Under the pieces are notes generated by a model. It made no database searches. It was not told the DNA's origin and was given only the letters and a program-made list of their open reading frames with translations. The translations under genes and the position numbers were made by a program. A DNA stretch of 63,179 nt, the filler included, from Reclinomonas americana ATCC 50394 (Eukaryota), in the NCBI GenBank assembly GCA_048213135.1. It is 3 parts of 2 records of this genome, joined end to end, with 100 filler letters (N's around TTAATTAATTAA, not from the genome) between each part and the next. Parts side by side here need not be neighbours in the genome. Positions count along the whole stretch, not along the records: positions 27,323 to 57,815 come from PS015194.1; 2 more parts are not named here. One strand, 5' to 3'. Below, in pieces: positions 38,755 through 51,980 of the stretch (the first letter of the stretch is position 1; every line of letters begins with the position of its first letter).

Positions 38755-41700
38755 TCGGATGGTTCGAAGAACGAACGACCTCGTCGCTTGTCGAAGAAGG
38801 CTGCCGACGCACTGGCGGCGGCCGCAGCAGCTGTGGAGCTGAGGAGAGCTGCTGCGATGAAGAAGAGTGGGGTGAAGTCGTCGACTGCCGCAGCCGAGTC
38901 AGGAGACAGCGACGGCGCCGAGGTCATGGAGATTGACGAGGACGCGGCAGAGGAGGCCGCTGCCTCTGGCGAGGAGAGCGCCGCCGCCGCCGCCGCCGCT
39001 GCACCTCCGCCGAAGAAGCAGAAGAGCAAGGCCGCTGCCGCACCCGCCACTGCGGCCAACAGCACCACAACTACCACCACCACTTCTACTACCGCAACCA
39101 CCGCCTCCTCATCATCGGCGAAGAAAAAGGACGACAAGACCGCCAAGCCTGTCAAGAAGGCGACAACGACGAGCACCACCGCAACACCGGCGGCTGCCAT
39201 ATCTCACAAGAAGAAGAAGGCACCCGCAGCAGCAACAGCGACAACAGCCGCCTCAGCCGGCGAGACTCCGGGGGAGGGGGAGGACGGTGTTGTCGCAGTG
39301 GCTGAGGAGAGCGGTGGTGGTCCGGCGACAGCGGCGAGTGAGGAGCAGTCGATGCTGGTGGAACCTCCGCCGCCTGCGCCAGTGGTGATTCCGTACGCAG
39401 ACGCCGACATGTTTGAAGACGATGACATGGCGGCAGTGAGTGGCGGCACCTATGGCGCGGATGGTGAGAATGGCGATTATCCGGGAGAGCGCGATGCTGG
39501 TGCGTACGGAGCAGAGGATGACTACGACTATTACGACAGCGACGGCGAGTTTGTGGGTGATGGACGACCGCCGAAGAAGCGAATGCGACCCGGCTCGCCG
39601 TCGACCGGTGGCCCGTTCGCCCACAAGGATCGTTCGTTGCCGAATCCACGTCGGTACCCGCTGGACGAACAGACGTTCTTGGCTCGTCTGTTCCGCTCGC
39701 TGGAGGGCACACCGAGTGCCATTACGCGTCCGCCGCGGATGGGCTACAAGGATCTCGACATCCACACCCTCTACTACGAGATCATGGCCAATGGTGGATA
39801 CAGGGAGTCGTGCAAACGTGACGGAGTGTGGGTGATCACGTGGCGAAAGATGCGCAACTACCGGCCGTCCATCACCAATGCCTCAGTTCGCCTCAAGGGC
39901 TACTACGAAAAGTACTTGATGCAACTGGAGGCCGAGGATCTGGGCAGGATTCACGTGGTACCGTCCACATCGTCGTTTTCGTCGACGGGTGGCGCGAGCA
40001 GCGCTCCTGCACGTTGCGTTTTTTTGTGTGTATCGCCTCGTCTTTTGTATTGTCTCCCCTTTGTCTCACACACTCGCAGAGGTGACGGGCGCAGGCAAGC
40101 GTCGCCGGGAGGACGACGACGAAGCCGGAGGCTTCTCTGGAGGCGACTCTGACAGTGAGCGCGCTCTGCCGCCAGTACCCGCACCAGTACCTTCGTCTGC
40201 TGTGGTGTCGGCCGCAGAGCTGGAGAGGCAGAAAAAGGAGGAGGCGCGTGCCAAGAAGCGACGAGAGCGCATCAAGCGGGAGTTGGTGGAGGGTGCGTGC
40301 TACAAGAGTGACGTTTGTGTGCGTGTGCGTGTTTTCTTTTGTCAGAAAGTCATTCTGTTGCGTGCAGATGAGCCATTGCGGCTTGAATGGGTGCCGTATC
40401 GTGTGGTACGGTGTCGAATCTTCAAGCATCACTTGGACGACTTGTCGCAGGCGTACTTCCCGAGCGAGAAAGTGTGGGACATGAATTCGTTGTCGCGCTT
40501 GGAGGATTTGTTTAGGTGTGTCGCGGGATCAGAATTTGGGATGGTACTATTTGTGTGCAGCGTTCCTCACCCACTTGCCTACCATTCACCTGTGTCAGTT
40601 TTGCGGACGATCGCTTGTCACTACGAGTGCGCGATCCGCAGTTTAATAGTGGTTTGTCTCTCTTGTCGCTGCTGCTTGCTGCGTACCGCTGTGTTCACGC
40701 ATGCTGTGGTGTTGTTCATTAGCGACACTAGAGGGGGAAAAGGACGAGACGATTGTGGACATTCTCGGCGACGAGAGCGAAATCACGCTTGTGAACGACG
40801 GTGCGCCCCACCCGTGAGGAGAAGAATGACAGCAATGTCAACAAAGCATGTATATTGATTGTGAGTTTTTGTGCAGGTCACCGGATACGTGATCAAGCCA
40901 TGGACATGGCGGTGGACGACGACATGGGTGCCCCTGCAGCAGCATCATCGCTGTCGTCGCCCGGCTGGAGGCGAACAGGCGAAACGAAACCACTACGCAG
41001 TGCCGCCGACGTGCAGCGCGAACTCAATCGCAGAATAGAGGTGTGAATGTGGTGCCGGATCTCAGTCGCTTGTTTGTCACCCACTCACACATTTTGGTGT
41101 CGGCAGGTTCGCGAGGCACGGATTGTGGTGCACGACTGCCCTACTGGCCGCCAGTTCTTCCGCTCTATGCTTCCGTTCTCGGGCTCGCGGTTGTATCAGT
41201 TTGGTGCGGCCGTGTGCGTGGAGACCACGCGCGAGGTGCTGCGCGGGTCGAGTCGCGAACCGGCCAGCGATGTTGGTCAGTGAGCTTGTTTTCGCGAGTG
41301 GGTATCTTGGTGAAGTGACTCTCATGTGCGTGGAGCAGTGGAGGTTGGCGACTTGTGTGCCATGGTGCACACGCCGGCGGTGGTGCTGGCGCTTGGCCCC
41401 ACACCTCTGTCACGGTCTGGTGAACCGCGTCTGCCCGAACACTCGATTGTGTTTGGCTGCGTCTTCCCCGACGACTTGCATCTCTTCCGCGACCTCACCG
41501 ATGCCGACCAGCTGATTGTTGCGTGCGACGACTCGCCGTGCATGCCGTCGCTGCCAGTGCTGACAGTTGCCTTTCTTTTCAGTTCGAGGAGGCGCCTGAC
41601 TTGCCACAACCACCTGCCAAGGCAACGCGACCGGGAGTTGGAGCGGCTGCTGCAGGCGCGGGGCAATCCTCTGCACTCGCTTCCTCCTCCTCCTCCTCCT

Positions 41701-42391
41701 CCTCCGCCACCGGTGCAACTGCAGCAACACCCGCCGCTTCGACCGCGGCATCGACAGCGGCGACGACCACGACTACCACCACGACGACAACTGCCACGGC
41801 TGCCAACGCCGCAGGCGGTGTGGCTGAGGGCGCGGCGAGTGCTGCCGGTGTACTCGGCGATCCCAGTCGCAGCACGTGGCCGAATCGGTTCCCTGTGCGC
41901 AAACCTGTGGCACCTCCCACTCCCGCTGGTGCTTCTGGTGCCGCTGCTCCCGGGTCTTCTGCGGCTTCTGCGGCTGCAGCGGCCTCGCAACCGACCACCG
42001 AACGATGGTGTGAGTTGTACATTCGGTACCGCACGGGAGCTGAGAGGGAAGAGGAGTCACGAGTGCTACGGCGTCGCATCGAGTTCGGCTCGGTGGAGAA
42101 GCCGGCACTCGGGGCCGAGGCCATTCGTATCCTGCTGGCCGAAGATGGTGTGCCAATTGACTCGATTGTTTCTGTGCGTTTCTTCCATTACGACGTGACT
42201 GGGTGAGTCTCTCTGTGTGTGTGTTTGTGTTTGTGCAATATGGGGATGGAAGCATTATTGTGTTGACACTCGTGCGTTTCTGTAGCGACTTGGACGCCAG
42301 TGGATGGGCGCTCATGGACGATCGGTTCCGCCTCGATCTGCAGCCTGGTACCAAGACGCAGTTGCGCCTGCGGCTGGAGATGATTTCATGA
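38755..42391 (+). CDS. ARID/BRIGHT DNA-binding domain protein; 5' end in gap
   Basis: FLARLFRSL..PPRMGYKDLDIHTLYYEIMANGGY..W..NASVRLKGYYEKYLMQLE; downstream exons continue in frame to TGA 42389-42391. Confidence 0.8.
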
Positions 42392-42462
42392 CCGCGCTAG
42401 TTTACTTTTTACACCACCACATTTCGTGGCTGCACACAATACAATACCACGAACATCACCAG

Positions 42463-43109
42463 TCAATCCACCACCGTCTTGACGTAGGCGATGCGCAGCC
42501 TGCCGTCGGCCAATCGGCGAAACCTATACGTGTTGACCCCATGCTTGCGTATCTCACAACAGCAGCAGCAAAAGAGAAACCACTTGACACGAGCAGAGTA
42601 CTGCCATTGCACCTCGGCCTCGAGCACCTCCACCCCACCACTGCCGTCGTCGGCAGTGACCGACGACTTGAAGTGATAACTGTCGATATCCACGTTGGCT
42701 CCAACCCGGCTATATCGCAGACACGATCGCATGAACGAGAAGGAACGCTCAACGTGCGCCACGTACGCCTCAATGCCATGCCGCGTGGCCGAAGGATCTG
42801 CACACAGACAGAGAGAACAGAGAATGATTCTCCGCTCGCAACGCTCACATACAAGAGTGCGAGACGCAACAGTCGGCCACCACATCGTCAGTCATGATGG
42901 CGCGCAGGGCATCCGAGTCTAACACACACGCAGTACAGCGTGAGAGACAAAGAGAGAGGCAACGATCGGAACAACTCACCACCGGGTGAACAGTTGGCTT
43001 CTGCAACAACGCAATAAGCATCCTCAACAAACAAGAGAGAGAGAGAGGATCGACGCACGCAACGAAAGTAAGCCTCAATGAGCGCCCTTGCCTCTTCGTG
43101 CTCAGTCAT
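42463..43109 (-). CDS. SnoaL/NTF2-like small protein
   Basis: ARALIEAYF..DALRAIMTDDVVADYP..HGIEAY..GVNTYRF..GRLRI pattern. Confidence 0.65.
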
Positions 43110-43172
43110 CGCACGTCCAATTGGTTTTCTATTCACACTCCACTCAATCAGACGCGTGCAGAGAGCGTTCAG

Positions 43173-45539
43173 ATGTCTCTTGCCTCGCACATGCAGACGC
43201 ACCTGCGCGAGTGGTCGCGTCAGTTGCGTGCCAGTGGGCACGGGGTGACTGCTGCGGCAGTGGGCGCGGGTGCCAGTGCACTGGTCGGTGCCTGGCTCTG
43301 GCATCGTCATCGCACGCAGCAGCTGGCGCGACAGCAGCGTGGAGAGCAGCTCAGTGTGGTGGCGAACAAGCACGACCCGCAGCAGCAGCATGCATCGTCG
43401 AGGTGAGACGCACGTGAAAAATGAGAATGAACAGGGAATGTATGACTGACTCGTGTGTGTGCGTGTGCTCGTGTGTGTGTCCCCTCCAGTGGTCGGCGAC
43501 TGGAGAACGCGCGGTTCTATGCACAGCTGCGGCGACTGTTGAAGATTGTGCTGCCGGGGTGGCGATCGAAAGAGGCGCTTTTGCTCGGATTGCACACGGG
43601 GTTCCTGGTCACACGCACCTTCTTGTCGATCATCAAGGCCAAGCTTGATGGTGTGTGTGTGTGTGTTGGGTGCTCGGGCGGCGACTGCTGCATTTGGGTT
43701 GCCATTCACCATTCAAATACCTGCTTCTTTCGGGCTGGTGGTCGCAGGTGTGCTGGTGAAGACCGTGGTTGGTGCTGAGCCGCGCGAGTTTGTCAAGTTC
43801 CTCCTGCTGTGGTGTGCACTCGGCATTCCGGCCTCCTTCACCAATGCCATGATTGTGTTCCTGGAGAAGAAGGCGCGCACAACGCTGCGACAACGAATGG
43901 TTTCCTTTTGTCAATGCTGATGGTTTCGTTGTTGCAGGTGGCGCTGGCCTTCCGCACGCGTCTCATGAACCACGCCAGCGATCTGTACATGAAGGACGAG
44001 GCGTACTATCGCACCGTCAACCTCGACGCACGCATCTCTAATCCCGACCAGCTCATTTGCGAGGTTCGTTTGTAGCGGAGATGTGGCACAAAAAGATTCT
44101 AATCTCGTGTCTCCTCCATGCAGGATGTGAACCGATGGTGCCTGCAGCTGGCGCATCTGCACTCGCAGCTGTCCAAGCCGATTCTCGACGTGATTCTCAT
44201 GACCGCGCAGCTGGTCTACATGGGCAAGGAGGGTGCGTGGATGAATCACAAGAAAATGGATGAGTGTCGTTCGGTATGTTCGCTCACATGTGCATTGTGT
44301 ATGCATGCAGCCGCCGGCTACCGGCAAGTGGCCGTGACGTCGTCGATTGCGGCATTTGTAGTGGCTCTCACGGCCCGCATTCTGAAGTGGGCGCGCCCGC
44401 CGTTTGGTCGCCTGGTCGCCGAGCAAGCGAGGGTGAGTGAGCGAGCGCATGCATCTTGCTCACGTGTCGCTGCTCATCTCACTCTTCTTCGCGGCAGCTG
44501 GAGGGCGACTTGCGCTATCGACACAGTCGCCTGATCACCAACGCCGAGGAGATCTCGTTCTACGGTGGCGCCACGGTGGAGAAGGGATTCTTGAATCGCG
44601 CCTACATGGCGCTGGTGCGTCAGGTCAACCTGATTTACCGCAAGCGCGCCGCGTACTCTACCGTCGAGGATCTGTGCATGAAGTACTTGTGGAGCGCCAG
44701 TGGCTTCACCATCATGGCACTGCCGGCGTTTATGGCGCGCGCCGACTCGCGTGTCGCGCAGTCGGGCACCGCTGGTTTGCTGATCACGTCTTCTCCCTTT
44801 TTGTACTTTCCATGCCCCCCACTCACGTGTCCACGCAGGCCGCACGGAGATCTTCATCACTGCGCGCTCGCTGCTCATCAGCTCCTCCGATGCCATTGAG
44901 CGCATCCTGTCGGCGCTCAAAGAGGTGTCGGAGCTCGCCGGCTACACCGATCGCGTCTCGGAGATGCTCACTGTGTTTGAGGACGTGGCCAAGGGTCGCT
45001 ACGAGAAGGCGCAATTGCGTGGCACCGACATGTCCGAGTTCCCCAAGCCGGAGGTTGTCGACGGGCAGGACTTCATTCAGTTGGATCGCGTTGCGTCTGC
45101 TCGCCCCTCTCTTTCTGTTTTCTCCCGCCTGCTCACCCGACCCGACGGACCAGGTGCCGATTGTGTCGCCGAACGGAGACGTGCTGGTCAAGTCCATGTC
45201 GTTCACCATGCGCCGCGGCATGCACCTGCTCATCACCGGGCCGAACGGGTGCGGCAAGAGCTCCATGTTCCGCATCATCGGAGGCTTGTGGCCTGTGCTG
45301 GGCGGCCGTCTGGTGAAGCCGGCGCGCCAGGACGTGTTTTACGTACCGCAACGGCCGTACCTGAGGTGTGTGCACCGTCAAGCACCAGAGTATACACGCA
45401 GCTGTCATCCTAATCCTTTGCTGTTTGTAGTCTGGGCAACCTGCGCGATCAAGTCATCTACCCCGACTCGATGGAGGTCATGAAGGCCAAGGGCTTCACG
45501 GACGCCGACTTGATGCGCATTCTGGACACGGTGAGTGCG

Positions 45540-45590
<51 letters not shown>

Positions 45591-46275
45591 ATGTTGTGTG
45601 GCGGAGATCGCGTGGCTAATGTGGAGGTGTTCATGTGCAGGTCAACCTGCAGTACATTGTGGAGCGCGAGGGTGGCTGGGACGCGAACAATAACTGGCAG
45701 GATGTGTTCTCGGGTGGCGAGAAGCAGCGCATGGGCATGGCGCGCCTGTTCTACCACCACCCGTTGCGTTACTCGACAAGCCTGAGGAGTAGATTTTTCT
45801 TCCCGTCACTCATCACCCACTCTCCCAACAGCAAATTCGCCATTCTTGACGAGTGCACGAGTGCCGTGTCGATGGATGTGGAGGGCAAGATCTACGATGT
45901 ACGTGGTGGTGGTGGTGGTGATTGTTGGCAACAATGCTTCACCACGCTCACTCACTTTGTTTGTGTACGATGATGCAGGCCGCCAAGGATCTCGGCATCA
46001 CTCTGATGAGTGTGAGCCACCGCCCGAGTCTGTGGCGCTACCACAACTGGATTCTGCAATTTGACGGTGACGGCGGCTGGACGTTCTCGCCCCTGAATGC
46101 CGAAGAGCGCATGGGTCTGAAGGACGAGAAGGTGAAGCTGGAGGCGCAGTTGCAGGGCATTCCGAAGAGCGTCAAGCGGCTGGAGCACATTTGCCACGAG
46201 CTGGGCGAGGATAGTGTGGTTCTTCGCGATGTGCAGCATCTGGCCGACGGTACAGGCGAGGAGAGCAGCAAGTGA
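43173..46275 (+). CDS. Peroxisomal ABC transporter, subfamily D
   Basis: [75 protein letters not shown]. Confidence 0.95.
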
Positions 46276-46405
46276 TTCGTGCCGTCGAAACTGTTTGTTT
46301 CTATTCATTGATAGTAAAAGTTGCATTAAAGAGATAGAAAAAATGTATCAAAAAAAGAGGAGGGACCGTCAAAACTTGCTGCCGCATCACCACCACAGTC
46401 GCGAC

Positions 46406-47835
46406 TCATCGGACAGTAGACTGTGAAGCCGATCGAAATATAGGTCGACCGCCGCCAGCCTCGAGATCGCGCACTCCCGCATCGTCGGCCTCGGTAGGTC
46501 GCTGACGGTTGACGGAATCCGTTTCGCTTTCGCGCGGCGTACGACTCAGCGGCTCCTCTGAGTTGGTGCTGAGCGGTCCGGGGTAGAAGCTGCAATAGGC
46601 CGCCACCTGCACCGACACCGCTCAGTGATTGCAGTGGAGATGAAGCGACAAAGGAGGAAGATGAAGGGACGCAACTCCACTGCCGATACCGATCAGTGAG
46701 CCGGCAATGACATCGTCCTGCACAACAGGAACGGCAATGAGCGCAACGACGATTACCAACAGGCAGCACGAATGTACGCAACCGGGTGATGAAAGTAATT
46801 GGCGATGCGACTAAACGACACCACCATGGCATACACCAGCGGCGTGCACGTCAGCGCCACCGTCCACAGCCGCCGGCGATGCGGCTGCAGCGACTTGGTC
46901 TTGCCGGCCAAGTACAAAAAGAGGCACACCATGGTGGCCCACGAGACCGACGAGTGACCCGAGGGAAAACTGAGGTGCGCCTCGCGACACGAGTCGCCAC
47001 CGAGCTTGGCGCAGTAGGCGTTGTAGTTGGGTCGCAGACGGCCGACAATGACCTTGGTCACCGAGGTCACTGCGCCAGCCAGCACCAGCGCAGTCACGTG
47101 CGCCAACACCGCATGCACCGAGTCGATGACGCGGCGTCCACGCGACACCACGAATATTTGCATGGCCACCACGAGAANNNNNNNNNNNNNNNNNNNNNNN
47201 NNNNNNNNNNNNNNNNNNNNNNNNNNNNNNNNNNNNNNNNNNNNNNNNNNNNNNNNNNNNNNNNNNNNNNNNNNNNNNNNNNNNNNNNNNNNNNNNNNNN
47301 NNNNNNNNNNNNNNNNNNNNNNNNNNNNNNNNNNNNNNNNNNNNNNNNNNNNNNNNNNNNNNNNNNNNNNNNNNNNNNNNNNNNNNNNNNNNNNNNNNNN
47401 NNNNNNNNNNNNNNNNNNNNNNNNNNNNNNNNNNNNNNNNNNNNNNNNNNNNNNNNNNNNNNNNNNNNNNNNNNNNNNNNNNNNNNNNNNNNNNNNNNNN
47501 NNNNNNNNNNNNNNNNNNNNNNNNNNNNNNNNNNNNNNNNNNNNNNNNNNNNNNNNNNNNNNNNNNNNNNNNNNNNNNNNNNNNNNNNNNNNNNNNNNNN
47601 NNNNNNNNNNNNNNNNNNNNNNNNNNNNNNNNNNNNNNNNNNNNNNNNNNNGCACACAAGTAAGAGAGAGTGCGGCAAATGCAATGCAAGTGCGCGAGTT
47701 CCGTTTCTTGTTGCACACACACACGCACCAAGAACGCGCGCCCACGGCCACCTCTGTGACAAGAAACGCAATGGCAAGCGCGACTAATGTCACTGCATCG
47801 CCGGCATAGGCCCGCAAATGCACTCGCCAACTCAT
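46406..47835 (-). CDS. PAP2-family lipid phosphate phosphatase
   Basis: KVIVGRLRP, SFPSGHSS, SRIANYFHHPDDVIAG. Confidence 0.9.
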
Positions 47836-48036
47836 GAGAGAGAAAGACTGAGAACGAAGAGCGGAATTTTCCTCGCCTTTTGTTGACTCGTTCTTCTCAC
47901 ACCACAAACGCACACGCACACACACACTTGCACTCTCGTTGCCTCTGCGTGTGTGTCTGCGCGCGCGTGTCTCTCTCTTGTGAAAGTCGACTCCGACTGT
48001 CCGACTACAATCAAACACACACACACACTCTCTCTC

Positions 48037-51000
48037 ATGAGTGGTGAGCGCGCACGCACGCACACACAGACGCACTCACAGACTGTGTGCTCACTCATTG
48101 AACACAGACACGGTCACTGATGAGACTGTGATTGCGGTGGTGCAAGTCGAGGAGTCAGTGGTGCCCGCAGTCGTGGCCACTGATGACGCAGGTGCTGTTG
48201 CCATTGCCTCTGTTGAGGAGGAAAGTGTGGTGCTTGGATCGTCGCCTCTGCAAGTAGTGTCAGACGCACTGCCGGTGAGTGATGCGGCTGCTGCTGTGAC
48301 TGTGGCTGCTCCTGTGGTGGCTGCTGCTGCTGCTGGAGGCTCTGCGGAGGCGTCTCCGGTGGCGGAGGGCAAGCAGCGGAGAGGGACGCGGTTCTCGGGA
48401 GCGGCGCGTCGTGAGTTTGCCAATGGAGATGTGTATGATGGAGAGTGGAAGGAGGGCCGTATGCATGGCTTTGGCACGTACTCGTTCAAGTCGGGCAACA
48501 CGTATCGAGGTGGCGTTGCTGTGCTTGCCTGCGTTCTCTGTGTCTCTTTCCCTGTGTCGCTCATGCGTGTTGGCGGTGGTAGGGCAATTCGCTGATGGTG
48601 TGGAGAATGGCACGGGCGTGTGGTCGGCCTGGAATGGGTCGTCGTACGAGGGCGAGTGGCAGAATGGTGAGGCCGTGCATGCGAGTGTAGCAGCGGTGCG
48701 AGAGTTGTGCTCACCCCCGAGATGGCGCAGGCAAGAAGCACGGCAAGGGTCGGTTCCGCTTCCCCGATGGCGAGGTTCGATATTTCTTCTGTTTCCCCTC
48801 CCATCATGTTCAGTGTATTCACGTGTGAGCGCAGGAGTACGATGGCGAGTGGCTCAATGGCACCATGACGGGCAAGGGGCAGTATCGGTACAGGAACGGT
48901 GACGTGTACACGGGCGATTTGGTGGATTCGAGACGGCACGGCCGCGGCCAGTATGTGGAAGTGGTGTCCCTCGATGTGCTGCCGCTGCCGACCGGCGAGA
49001 ACCAACCCATGCCGGCCAACGTGTACGACGGGCAGTGGCAGAACGGGCAAAAGGTATCGTCGTTTTGTGTGACATGCAGTGTGGCTCCGGGTCACTGAAT
49101 CAATCTACGTCGCATCGCGCAGCATGGTCAAGGCTGCATGGTGTACGCCAACGGCGACGTGTATGATGGCCACTGGGAAGAGGTGGGCTTCCGTTCTTCC
49201 AGGTCATTCTCTGTCGCGTGTGTTTGTGTTCATCGAAAGGGTGTGTGCAGGGTCGCATGCATGGCGAGGGCATCTACACGTTTGCTGGTGGCTGCGGCGT
49301 GTACCAGGGTGCATTCTTCCGTGGAGTGCGTCACGGTGCCGGCACGTTCACCAACACGGTGACTGGCGAGTCGTATGTCGGCGACTGGGATTTCGGCAGC
49401 CGGCAGGTGTGTGGTGAACTGCCTTTCTCTCTCTCGCGGCCTTGCTCTTCCTCACTTGCCGCTCTCTGCGCAGGGTTACGGCAACGAGGTGGACAAGCTC
49501 GGCAACCATTTTGTGGGTCAGTTCCACGGCGGACGCCGCACCGAAGGCGAGTGCACGTACGCCAGCGGCGACGTGTACTGTGGTCAGTGGGGTGGCGAGA
49601 ATGTGAGGCAAGGTGAGACTGGCTGTGCTGGCGCGAGTCCTGCTCTCTCTCTCTGTGTGTGTGTGTGTGTGTGTGTGCGTATGCTCACTGTGTGGCGTCG
49701 ATGCTACAGGGAGCGGTGAATGCAAGCGCGCGAACGGGGACGTGTACACTGGCCAGTGGCTCAACGACCAAGAACACGGACAAGGCTCGCTCGTGCAGGC
49801 CGACGGCCTGAAGTACACTGGTATTGCGTGCGATGCGCTGCCATTGTGTTGCGTCATGTTGCTCACGCGCGCTGCTTCACAGGCATGCTGAAGCACGGGC
49901 TGTTTGATGGGCATGGCGAGTGGGAGGGGCCTGACGGCAGTTCGTACATTGGTGAGTGGCGATCGGGGAAGAAGAACGGCCGTGGTATCCTGATCAATCC
50001 CGACGGCGATGAATACGAGGGTGCGTCGGTGGTGGCTGCCGCCGCGAGTCCACTCTCTGGCGTCTCACTCCTCTCTCTATGTGTACAGGAATGTGGGAGC
50101 AAGACGAGATGGTGGAGGGCGAGTTCCGTTCGTTTGACGGCTCGGTGCACTATTCCGGTGCGTCGTGTGTCTCACACAGACAAAAGCAAAACGAGAGATG
50201 TTTGTTGTTTCCTCACTGACACTGTGCGCAGGCCAATGGAAGGATGGCAAGTGGAACGGCGCGGGGAGATGGGAGAACAATACCGGCGACAACTATGAGG
50301 GTGCGTACGACTCCCCGGCTCTGTTGTCAGACTGAGTCTCGCGCCTCACTTTCCGTGCAGGTGAATACCGCAACGGGAAGCGACACGGGCGTGGAGTTGT
50401 GCAAACACACGAAGGGTTGACATACGACGGCGAGTGGCAAGACGACGTGGAGCATGGTCGTGGCGTGATGGAGCTGAAGAATGGCACCAAGTACGAAGGC
50501 GACTTTGAGCGTGGCGAGTTTCACGGGCACGGCATTCTGTACAGTTGCGTTTGCAGTCGTCGGGCGTGTCTGCGCACAAGCTGACACGGTCCCCCCCTCG
50601 ACGCAGTTGCGTACACGGGCGAAAAGTACGAGGGGCGTTTCGCAAGCGGCAAGAAGGAGGGCAGCGGCAAGCTGACCAACAAGCATGGTGCGTTTGTTTT
50701 TGTTTTTCTTCCATGCTGGCGAGCGTGGATGTCGCAACTCACTGTCTGACTGGTGATTAGGCGATGTGTACACGGGCACGTGGGTGGACGGCGTACTGGA
50801 CGGCGAGGCCATTTTGCTGGAGGCCTCCACATGTCGTACGTTTCGCCTGACGTTTGTCCAAGGCAACATTCGCGATCGCGTGCCGACCGAGGGGTTTGAG
50901 CTGGAGGATCGCTTCACTCTGCGACTGGCCGACGGATCTCGAGTCATTCGCACGGATGCCGGGTTGACGGTGGAGAAGGGCTCAAAGGCGATCACCGTGC

Positions 51001-51861
51001 CGGCTGTGCGCTACACGGGTGCGTGCGTGGGTGCCGCCAGGCCGCAGTTTGTGGAAAAGTCGGGCACTCTGATCAAACTCGGACACAAGAAGGGTGCGCG
51101 TTGTCGCTGTCATCGTGCTTTCCTCCCATCACACACGCCACTCATTTTCAATCATCCTCATGCAGGACCGTTTGGAGGCGAGAGCTGGAAGACACGGCAC
51201 TTCATGTTGCAGGGCGACACGGTGTTCTACCACTCGGCGGAACGAGTTGCGTGTGTGTGCGCAGGAAGTGACGCAAAGTTGAAGGGACATGCGCTCACAC
51301 ATATGTGCACCTGCAGGCACCACCCATTGCGAGCATCCCGCTTCTTCCCTCTGGTTGGTGCCGTCTGGTGGAGCCCGACGAACCGCGACGAAGTGATGCG
51401 TTTGAGAGCAAGGTGCGAAGGACGGCGGAAGAGTGCAGTCGACCGTCGGGGGTGGTCGGGCGGGTGAGTGGGATGCCACTCGCTGCGTGCAGGCCTGGTG
51501 GTTGCTGACACTGCCGCGACGCACAGGAACACTGTCTCGCACTCTACTGCGAAAAGTACAGCCGCAAGGGAGCAGAGCCAGTGTCGCGAACGTTTTACGC
51601 CTCTGCGGCCACCGCCGATGAACGCATCGAGTGGGTGGAGGCCATCAACAACAACCTCAACGTTGTGCAGGTGCACTTTTTTTGCGTGTGAATGCATTTT
51701 TCTCCTTATTCGTCAGGTCGTCCCTCACCATTCGGGTTTGCTCTCAGGACCGCGATGCCGAGCAACGGCTAGCCACCAGCTTGCAGGCTGCTGGCATTAA
51801 CATGGCACAGCTGGAGCTGGAACCGTGTGCGCTGCTGGACGCCCTGTATGCTATTCGCTAG
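48037..51861 (+). CDS. MORN-repeat protein with C-terminal PH domain
   Basis: Many repeats of the [17 protein letters not shown] type; then [27 protein letters not shown]. Confidence 0.88.
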
Positions 51862-51980
51862 CGTTCTGCTTCTCCGCCCCCGCATGCACGCCACCTACCA
51901 CGCGGTGGTGGTGGTCGAGTAAAATGTTGACACTGTGTGAAACATGCATTATGTGCACAACCTATTCCGAAGCGCGAGCC

